Assembly: GCA_046538485.1 (NCBI GenBank)
Contig: JBKHIT010000052.1
Coordinates: 1 to 36,979, forward strand
Source of the DNA: Candidatus Brocadiia bacterium
GTDB taxonomy: Bacteria > Planctomycetota > Brocadiia > SM23-32
DNA length: 36,979 nucleotides
Reading direction: 5' to 3'
Shown here: piece by piece, positions 9,267 through 16,754 of the stretch
Position numbering within the stretch: the stretch's first letter is position 1
How the letters are laid out: each line of letters opens with the position of its first letter
Position numbers and translations under genes: made by a program
Notes under the pieces: generated by a model
Told to the model about the DNA's origin: nothing
Databases searched by the model: none
The model's input: the letters and a program-made list of their open reading frames with translations, nothing else

Positions 9267-11231
9267 GTGGCTCACGAACACGAACATGAACACGAAGAAG
9301 GGCCGGAAGGTTTCCACGATCATCAGCATTTCGGGAGCCTGCAGACCCGCCTGGTTGTTACGCTTATCGGGTTTATCCTGATCGTTAATGCCTTCCTGGC
9401 TGACAAGGTATTTTTCCCAGATCAGCCTGCCATCGGCGCAATCAGTTCGCTCCTGGGAGCGCTTATCCTGGGGATCCCAATCGTTGTCGGAGGATTCAGA
9501 GAACTCAGACGAGGGCAGGTCCATCTCTCAGCGCTTGTGGCTATTGCTGTGGTCTCGGCGTTCGTTCTCTCGAACTATCAGGTGGCCGGACTCGTGGCAT
9601 TTTTCATGCTGCTGGCCAGTTTGATCGAGCAACAAACCGCCGCCGGCGCCCGGGAATCGGTCGAAAAACTCATGCAGTTCCAGCCCAATAAAGCTGAACT
9701 TGTCGACGGCACCGTGGTGGAAGCTTCGGAACTCAAACCGGGCGACACGATCCGGCTGAGACCGGGGGATCGCGTTCCGGCCGACGGTGAGCTGGTGAAC
9801 GGGCAGACGGCGATCAATGAGGCGACGATTACTGGTGAATCTCTGCCCGCTGATAAAGGCCCTGGTGACGAGATATACGCCGGGACCCACAACCTGACAG
9901 GTTCGGTGGAGGCGAAGGTAACCCGGGCCGGGGAGAATACCACTCTGGGTAAGGTCAAACGCCTGATCCTCCAGGCCGAGGCGACGAAGACCCGGCTCAT
10001 GCAGTTGATCGATCGATACGCCCAGTGGTACACCCCGGTCGTTCTTATCGTCGCCGCGGTCGTATGGGTTTTCACGAAAGATGCCGAGCGGTTCATAACC
10101 GTGCTGGTGATTTCGTGCCCCTGCGCGTTCGTTCTCGCAACGCCTACCGCGATGGTTGCCGGCCTGACCGCTGCGGCTCGATTGGGTATTCTCGTGAAGA
10201 ACGTCGCTCATCTGGAAGGAGCGGGAGACCTGACCGCTGTCGTGTTTGATAAGACCGGGACTTTGACGACCGGAGAATTGACGGTTACGCGGCTTTCGCC
10301 GGCCGAAGGCGTGGAACCATCTGAACTGATCCGTGCCGCCGGGAGCATCGAGCAACATTCGCGCCACCCGATAGCCCTTGCGGTCACAGAGGTGGCGGAA
10401 AAGGCGAATATCGACCTGAAAGAGGTCACCAATGCCGAGGAAAGCCCGGGTATGGGTATCCGCGGCCAGGTGGGGGAGAGTGAAGTGATAGTCGGACGTT
10501 CGAGCTGGCTCCAGGATCACGGCGTCGATATGAGTCTCGCCGAGACCGACGAACATCAGGCCGAAGTGGAAGGCATGAGCCTGCTGTATGTGGCCAGGGA
10601 TGGAGAATGCCTGGGATGGGTTGGGCTCGAGGATAAGGCCCGGGACGAGGCCCAAAGGGCCACGAGTGAATTGAAAGATCTCGGTATCAATCGGCTCACC
10701 ATGCTGACCGGCGACCGGTGGAGTGTGGCGAAGAAAGTTGCCGGAGAACTGGGTTGCACCGAAGTGCAGGCCGAATGCCTCCCCGAGCAGAAATTAAACC
10801 TTGTCGAAACAATGCGTCAGGAAGGTAACCAGGTCGGTGTGGTTGGGGATGGTGTGAATGATGCTCCGGCTCTGGCGGCCGGGGACCTCGGCATTGCAAT
10901 GGGAGCCGCCGGCAGCGATGTGGCCATCGGGAGCGCCTCGATCGCACTGATGAGCAACGACCTGCGGCGTCTGCCGGTCCTCGTGCGTCTCTCACGTCGG
11001 CTTCGGCGGATCATTATACAGAACCTCGCTGTGGGCGCTATATTTGTGGTCGGGGGAGCGACCCTCGCGAGCTTCGGTATTTTGACCCCGATTGTGGCCG
11101 CTATCCTGCACAATGTTAGTTCGTTCCTCGTTATTTTCAACAGCGCGCGTCTGGTCCGGTTCGAGGAGAACCTGGCGATTTCTCCTGAAAAAGAAGAAAG
11201 TGCGCCCGGACCTCAACCGGCTGCAGTTTGA
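9267..11231 (+). CDS. Heavy-metal translocating P1B-type ATPase with His-rich N-terminus
   Basis: N-terminal HEHEHEHE...HDHQH; TGES, ISCPCAFVLATP, phosphorylation motif DKTGTLT, SRHP, MLTGD, GDGVNDAPALA, last TM HNVSS; SD GGAGG before GTG. Confidence 0.95.
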   Translation: MAHEHEHEHEEGPEGFHDHQHFGSLQTRLVVTLIGFILIVNAFLADKVFFPDQPAIGAISSLLGALILGIPIVVGGFRELRRGQVHLSALVAIAVVSAFVLSNYQVAGLVAFFMLLASLIEQQTAAGARESVEKLMQFQPNKAELVDGTVVEASELKPGDTIRLRPGDRVPADGELVNGQTAINEATITGESLPADKGPGDEIYAGTHNLTGSVEAKVTRAGENTTLGKVKRLILQAEATKTRLMQLIDRYAQWYTPVVLIVAAVVWVFTKDAERFITVLVISCPCAFVLATPTAMVAGLTAAARLGILVKNVAHLEGAGDLTAVVFDKTGTLTTGELTVTRLSPAEGVEPSELIRAAGSIEQHSRHPIALAVTEVAEKANIDLKEVTNAEESPGMGIRGQVGESEVIVGRSSWLQDHGVDMSLAETDEHQAEVEGMSLLYVARDGECLGWVGLEDKARDEAQRATSELKDLGINRLTMLTGDRWSVAKKVAGELGCTEVQAECLPEQKLNLVETMRQEGNQVGVVGDGVNDAPALAAGDLGIAMGAAGSDVAIGSASIALMSNDLRRLPVLVRLSRRLRRIIIQNLAVGAIFVVGGATLASFGILTPIVAAILHNVSSFLVIFNSARLVRFEENLAISPEKEESAPGPQPAAV

Positions 11232-11245
11232 AGAGGATCTAATAT

Positions 11246-12481
11246 ATGACAGCAAGAAAAACACCAATCATTCAAACGATCGAACTAACAAAAATCTATC
11301 GTGATTTCTGGGGACGCGGCCGGGTAAAGGCCCTGGATGGGCTGAACCTCGAAGTCAACCGGGGCGAAGTGTTCGGTCTGCTCGGCCCGAACGGATCGGG
11401 AAAGACTACCACCGTGCGCCTCATCCTGGGACTGCTGTTTCCTACGAAAGGCGTGGTGCGCCTGTTCGGTCAGGATCCACGGGATGTGGACGTGAAAAAA
11501 CGCGTCGGATATATGCCCGAAGAATCACACCTCTACGAGTATCTCAACGCGGAAGAGACCCTTGATTTCTTCGGAAGAATTTTCGGTCTTTCTGGCGCCG
11601 AACGCCGGCGCCGCACCGATTCCCTGATCGAGATGGTCGGCCTCGAGCGGGCGCGGCATCGCCCGATCGGAGAATTTTCAAAGGGTATGGCCCGCCGTAT
11701 CGGTCTCGCCCAGGCCCTTATCAACGACCCGGATCTTCTGATCCTCGACGAACCGACCACCGGTCTTGATCCACTCGGTAGCCGCGAAATCAAAGACCTT
11801 ATTGGCACACTTCGGGAACGCGGGAAGACGGTATTCCTGTGCAGTCACCTCCTTGCTGACGTGGAGCAAGTCTGCGACCGGGTCTGTATTCTCTACGGCG
11901 GTAAAATCCGGGAGATGGGTCCAGTGGAGGACCTTCTCACGGAGGTCGAACGGAGCGAACTGCGGTTCCCGGCTGTTCCGGAAGAGGTCCTCGAGGAAGT
12001 GCGACACCTCGTGGCCCAGCACGTCGGCTCGGATGAGGATGTCGAAGTCGGCCGACCGGCCCGGCGGCTTGATGAGGTCTTCCTCAGTGTCGTGGAACGG
12101 GCCCGACAGGAAAAACTGGCGACAGCCGGAGCGGAAGCGGGTGGACCCGCCGCAGAATTTCTGACCCAGGAGAAAGACGAAGGAGAAGCGCTGATCGAGG
12201 AACTCGTCAAAGCCGGTAAGAAAGAAAAGGAAGAGGAGACGGCTGCGGAAGAAGAGACCGAACCGGTCCCCGTGGAAGAGGACGCCGAGGAAGACCGGGA
12301 AATGCTTGAAGACCTGACCCGGGAACAGCCCAAACCGACCGCGGAAGAGACGGAAACCGAGCCGGTATCGCCCCCGGAAACCGGTCCCCGCCATGAGGTC
12401 CTCGAGGATTTGGTCCAGAAAGACGAGTCCGGCCGCGAACAGCAGACCCCCAAAGAAGAGCGTGAGCAAGATGAGGACTGA
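11246..12481 (+). CDS. ABC transporter ATP-binding protein (PilH-like) with a long acidic C-terminal tail
   Basis: LTKIYRDFWGR..VKALDGL, Walker A GPNGSGKTT, signature FSKGM, Walker B LLILDEPT, CSH; Glu-rich last ~110 aa. Confidence 0.93.
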   Translation: MTARKTPIIQTIELTKIYRDFWGRGRVKALDGLNLEVNRGEVFGLLGPNGSGKTTTVRLILGLLFPTKGVVRLFGQDPRDVDVKKRVGYMPEESHLYEYLNAEETLDFFGRIFGLSGAERRRRTDSLIEMVGLERARHRPIGEFSKGMARRIGLAQALINDPDLLILDEPTTGLDPLGSREIKDLIGTLRERGKTVFLCSHLLADVEQVCDRVCILYGGKIREMGPVEDLLTEVERSELRFPAVPEEVLEEVRHLVAQHVGSDEDVEVGRPARRLDEVFLSVVERARQEKLATAGAEAGGPAAEFLTQEKDEGEALIEELVKAGKKEKEEETAAEEETEPVPVEEDAEEDREMLEDLTREQPKPTAEETETEPVSPPETGPRHEVLEDLVQKDESGREQQTPKEEREQDED

Positions 12482-14555
12482 TCGCCAGGACATGCCAGCA
12501 TGGGCTCCCCCCGTGCTTTTCGTTGTTTTTCTGCTCATACAAATCCCCGCTCTTGTATGGGTGGGATCAGTGCTGCGGCCGGGGGCCGATCTCGCCGCAG
12601 AGCGTGCGGATCTGATCGTTCCGGGGCTATGGGTAACGTGGGGGATTGCTTTTCTGGTTACGGTGGGGGTTCTTCAGAGTTCCCGTTGGGGAGAACCATG
12701 GAGTCCGGCGGCGCTTCTGGTTGCCTTTTTCGGGTCTTTATTGCCGCTTTCGTATATTTTGATTGGGGCTGTTGGTGGCATAACGCGCTTGCCAGGTCTG
12801 GATCAGTTCTGGGGATTGGTTGGAGATAACCTGTTTGCGATTATTTTGTGGGGCGTTTGCCTCGCCCTTTATGTGGTCAATGTCTGGATGATCTGGCGTT
12901 CACGCTGGCTGGTTGAATGGGCCCCCGAAGGACTGTTACTTCTTTTTGCTGTTTCTTTGGTTCCTGCCGTTTATTTTCTGGGCGGGAAGGTAGTGGAGCT
13001 GACCGGGCAATTTTTCGGGGAGTCTTTTTTGTTAGGCTCACAACTGAAATCCGCCCCCTGGGCCGCAACCGCCTGGTTTGTAAATGTTATGGCTCTGGCT
13101 GCTGTGGCAACACTGCTTTTCACACGCTGGCAGAATCTCTGGGCGGTAGGCCGGAAAATGATAATGGAAGCGCTCAATCGAAAGGTTGTTCTGGTCTTGT
13201 TGGTGTTTTTTGTGATTTTCATGCCTTCGCTTGTTTTTATACTTAAAACTGAGGGGAATCCAAAAAGTCAGGTCCAGATTGTCCTGAAATATTCAATGGC
13301 GCTTGCTGAATTGCTGCTGTCCGTTCTCGCAGTGTTGATCTGTACGGCGTCGATTTGTAGCGAAATCGAGAAAAAACGGGTGCATATAACTGATACCAAG
13401 CCGCTTCTCCGCTGGGAATTTCTCCTGGGCAAATTGCTGGGTGTTATTGTTTTGTGCGGAGCCCTGCTTTTTGTTATGTCGGGTATGGTGTACGGGCTGA
13501 CAGCGTGGATGGTCCGGAGCCGGGATTTTTCACATCTGCCCCCGCACGAGGCGCAACAGCAAAGAACAGCTCTTGCCAGGGTTCGTCGGGAAGTGCTGGT
13601 GGCGCGACGCGCGGCTAAACCCAAAAAACCTAATGTCGAAAGTTTTTTGGAGAAAGAGATCGAACGACGCAGTAAAGAAGGCGAATTTGAGAATCCTCAG
13701 AAAAAGCAGGCGACACGTCGTAAGCTAAAGTCTCAGCTGGAAAAACGTATTACCACAGCCCCCCCCATGGGACACCTTCCTTTTCAATTGTCGGGTTTTG
13801 CACGGAGTAAAGATAACTCAATTTACGTCCGATTCGAACCCCACCGTACGAATAAAGAAGCTGATGGTACATTGCGTGGGGCTTGGGAATTTTTCCTTCC
13901 GGTAAAAGGGAAAGATGGCAAAGGCAGGTTGGCTCTCGCCCATGTTAAGCAGGGGAAATGGGTTGCGGATGCATTCCAGGAAATTGAGGTGAGCGGACAG
14001 CTTGTAAACCCCGATGGGGTGGTGCGTATGGCTTACAGAAATCTGGAAGGGAATACAGGAGTTCAATTTGATCCTGACGAAGGGATCGAGGTGCTGCAAA
14101 GGGTAGGCAGTTTTATGCCTAATTTTTATCGCTCGCTCCTGATCGTGCTTTGCCACATCCTGTTGCTTTCCGCCTTCGCGCTGATGCTGGGGGCGGCCCT
14201 TTCATTTCCTGTGGCGAGTTTTGCCGTGGCAGCCCTTCTTTTGGTAGGACTTCTTGGACCATGGGTGGCCGAATCTGCGCTGGGTGGATACACTCCACGG
14301 CCGGACCACAACACTATGCAAATGGTCTTTGGATACGCGAAAGAAGGCGTGCAGGCGGTTTTAAAAGCCATTTTTGCCATTGCGCCTCAGTTCGGTCGAT
14401 TCAATGCGACGGGAGACCTGGTGAACGGGCGGATTATCAAATGGGGTTCGGTAGGCAAAGCGGCGGCTATTATGGTGTTTATTAAAGGCGGGATTGTGAT
14501 GCTCCTTGGCATCTACATCTACTGGAAAAGGGAACTCGCGAAAGTAATCGCATGA
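12471..14555 (+). CDS. Large ABC-2 type permease with an extra N-terminal TM bundle and a large soluble domain
   Basis: LWAVGRKMIMEALNRK, SICSEIEKKRVHITDTKPLLRWEFLLGKLLG, NFYRS, SFPVA, C-terminal KRELAKV. Start moved from 12393 to ATG 12471, which overlaps the ATPase stop. Confidence 0.8.
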   Translation: MRTDRQDMPAWAPPVLFVVFLLIQIPALVWVGSVLRPGADLAAERADLIVPGLWVTWGIAFLVTVGVLQSSRWGEPWSPAALLVAFFGSLLPLSYILIGAVGGITRLPGLDQFWGLVGDNLFAIILWGVCLALYVVNVWMIWRSRWLVEWAPEGLLLLFAVSLVPAVYFLGGKVVELTGQFFGESFLLGSQLKSAPWAATAWFVNVMALAAVATLLFTRWQNLWAVGRKMIMEALNRKVVLVLLVFFVIFMPSLVFILKTEGNPKSQVQIVLKYSMALAELLLSVLAVLICTASICSEIEKKRVHITDTKPLLRWEFLLGKLLGVIVLCGALLFVMSGMVYGLTAWMVRSRDFSHLPPHEAQQQRTALARVRREVLVARRAAKPKKPNVESFLEKEIERRSKEGEFENPQKKQATRRKLKSQLEKRITTAPPMGHLPFQLSGFARSKDNSIYVRFEPHRTNKEADGTLRGAWEFFLPVKGKDGKGRLALAHVKQGKWVADAFQEIEVSGQLVNPDGVVRMAYRNLEGNTGVQFDPDEGIEVLQRVGSFMPNFYRSLLIVLCHILLLSAFALMLGAALSFPVASFAVAALLLVGLLGPWVAESALGGYTPRPDHNTMQMVFGYAKEGVQAVLKAIFAIAPQFGRFNATGDLVNGRIIKWGSVGKAAAIMVFIKGGIVMLLGIYIYWKRELAKVIA

Positions 14556-14571
14556 TAACGAGCCAGAGGTT

Positions 14572-16359
14572 ATGACAAGAACGCGTCGGCTCATTTTATT
14601 GAGTATAGCTTTTGTTGCCATTGTAGCGGCGAGCTTATTTGTGGAACCCCTGCATCGGAACCAGGTGGAATACGACCTGACCAGCGAACCGGTTGAAGGG
14701 GTGGGAGCCGAGTATGCTTTTGTGAATTCGCTCGGCGCTTTTCGAGGGATCGTCGTTGATGTCGTGTGGATCCGCATGGAAAACCTCAAGAACGATGGGA
14801 AATTCTTTGAGATAGTCCAGCTGGCCGACCTCGCCTGCATGCTCGCACCCCGTTTTCCGAAGGCCTGGGATTTTAACGCCTGGAACATGGCCTACAATGT
14901 CTCGGTTCAGGTCCCCGAATACTCCGAACGCTGGCCCTGGGTGAAAGCCGGTATAGAACTATTGCGGGATCAGGGGATCCCGAATAATCCCTCCGAACCA
15001 GAACTGTATTTCAGCCTGGCCTGGATTTTTTTGCATAAGGTCGGGGATCAACTCGACGATGCTCATGCCTGGTATAAACAACAGCTCGGCGTGGAAATGC
15101 ACGAAGTCCTCGGTGGGGGCGGGTCACCGGAAAAACTGAAACGTCTGAAAAACGCCCCGGCTACCCGGGCGGATCTCTTTCAGGATGACCGGGTCAAAGA
15201 ATTCTACGAAAAGCTGGTAGCAGCCGGATGGGATCCTCTGAAAGTGGTGTCCGACGAGGGACTCCGGCAGTACTTCCTCTGGCTTCGTCGGCCGGATTCT
15301 GTGCCGGAGCCGGCAAGGGGACTCCTGAAAAGTGAAGGGTATGCGCGCGAACATGAAAAGCTCGCCGATTACGTCCGCGCCCGCCGGCTTGAAGATATGA
15401 ACATGGAACCGGAGAAAATGCTCGAATTGATGGACAGATTTGGTCCCCTGGACTGGCGAAGTCCGTATTCGAATGGGATCTATTGGGCGAGCGAGGGCAA
15501 AGAAGTGGCGCAAAGATACCGGGAACGGGTCAGCGAGCGGCGGAAGGTCTTCGGAAAAGAAGAGATAGCCGATGAAGATTGGGGCAGTGAGTTCCCCAAA
15601 TACCGATACGCCGATATCAACTATGACCGCGTAATTTACGGCGCTCTGCAAAGCCTCGTCTCCAAAGGACGCCTGCTTTTCGATAGCCAGGGACGACTTT
15701 TCCCGATGCCCGGTTCTGATTACCGTTTCACTGACGCAATGATCGAACACTTTGAACGCATGGTCGGCAAATACGGCAAGGAAGGGCGCTATTCCACCGG
15801 GATAAATTCGGCCTACGAGAATTTTCTGAAGCGGGTTACGACCGAATTTTATTACATGGGCGACGAGAAGGATTCCCGGAGGTATTACAAACGTCTCCGT
15901 CAGGAATACCCGAAAGACAAATATCCTCCGTCCTATGAGAAATTCATCAATGCCCAGATGCGGGAATATATCGGGATGCTCGGCCCTCAGCAGGCCCGGA
16001 ATGTGGTCAGAGGTCTTTTGGTCCAGCATTATTTGTTCCTGGGGGCCGGTATCGATGACCGGGCCCGCGGATTCATCGAACGCGCTAAAGCCATCGCGGA
16101 GAGGTGGAATGTGAAAAGGGGGGTGAAAGAAGACCCGAGGGCATCGCAGAAAGTCACTTTCAGCGATATTCGGCGGAGTGTATTGATCGATATATTCGCC
16201 GGACGCTACACCATGCCGAAGCGGATTATGAATGGGCTGAAGGAGCAGCTTCCGGAGAAACTGGTGGAAAAAATGGAAAAAGCAGCGGACGAACGCGAAG
16301 AACCATCCCGTTTGAAACCTTTCGAACTCCCCGAGAAATACCGGCGGGAACCGGATTGA
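14572..16359 (+). CDS. Membrane-anchored helical (TPR-like) conserved protein, resembling PilG-type ABC partners
   Basis: N-terminal TM/signal; LGAFRGIVVDVVWIR, LAPRFPKAWDFNAWNMAYNVS, WVKAGIELLRDQGIPNNP..PELYFSLAWIFLHK; SD GAGG. Family call is by recalled motif similarity only. Confidence 0.6.
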   Translation: MTRTRRLILLSIAFVAIVAASLFVEPLHRNQVEYDLTSEPVEGVGAEYAFVNSLGAFRGIVVDVVWIRMENLKNDGKFFEIVQLADLACMLAPRFPKAWDFNAWNMAYNVSVQVPEYSERWPWVKAGIELLRDQGIPNNPSEPELYFSLAWIFLHKVGDQLDDAHAWYKQQLGVEMHEVLGGGGSPEKLKRLKNAPATRADLFQDDRVKEFYEKLVAAGWDPLKVVSDEGLRQYFLWLRRPDSVPEPARGLLKSEGYAREHEKLADYVRARRLEDMNMEPEKMLELMDRFGPLDWRSPYSNGIYWASEGKEVAQRYRERVSERRKVFGKEEIADEDWGSEFPKYRYADINYDRVIYGALQSLVSKGRLLFDSQGRLFPMPGSDYRFTDAMIEHFERMVGKYGKEGRYSTGINSAYENFLKRVTTEFYYMGDEKDSRRYYKRLRQEYPKDKYPPSYEKFINAQMREYIGMLGPQQARNVVRGLLVQHYLFLGAGIDDRARGFIERAKAIAERWNVKRGVKEDPRASQKVTFSDIRRSVLIDIFAGRYTMPKRIMNGLKEQLPEKLVEKMEKAADEREEPSRLKPFELPEKYRREPD

Positions 16360-16444
16360 GGGCCGTTTGGAGGGACGCAAGAATAGGGGCTGAGGGGGGC
16401 AAGAACGGTCATTGTTTCAATTTCCTGTTCCACCTCTGGAAATC

Positions 16445-16751
16445 TGGAGACTCGAGTTCAGCTGAGCCCGCCAGCGGGCGAAACTGGACTTGAAGCGGGC
16501 AAATGCCGCGAAATGCAAATACGCCAGGAAGTTCCAGCAAACTCGACCGCGTTCTGAACTCCAGCCCCGCAGAGCGGTGCTGAAGTCCAGTCCGCTGATA
16601 TGTCAGGCAGCCGGGGAATCTCCACGCCGGGATAGTAGCACAGGCACTTCCCTGTGACCGTGTCGTTGTATCGAATCGAGACGCGTTCTGGACTTCCTGC
16701 CTGATGTTTGGTTCTGCAAGTCTGTAGCCCATCCCGGGACACTGCTGTGTC
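16445..16751. repeat. REP-like hairpin cluster between convergent genes
   Basis: Stem TCGAGTTCAG/CTGGACTTGA (16452-16493) enclosing TGA-GCCCGC-CA-GCGGGC-GAA; related minus-strand hairpin CTGGACTTCAGC/GCTGGAGTTCAG (16554-16590); degenerate direct repeat CGCGTTCTG(A/G)ACT at 16548 and 16682; GACAC-TGCT-GTGTC (16738-16751). Confidence 0.6.
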
Positions 16752-16754
16752 GTG

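Noticed and set aside
9528..10655. 375-aa antisense ORF
   Set aside because: Shadow of the P1B ATPase, expected from codon bias in GC-rich DNA.
15124..16380. 418-aa antisense ORF
   Set aside because: Lies opposite a well-supported operon gene; Phe-rich composition is typical of an antisense frame.
16462..16484. Hammerhead-like CTGA-stem-GAAAC motif
   Set aside because: The core needs CUGANGA before stem II; the NGA is missing and no stem I/III with a cleavage triplet is evident. Better explained as part of a REP-like hairpin.
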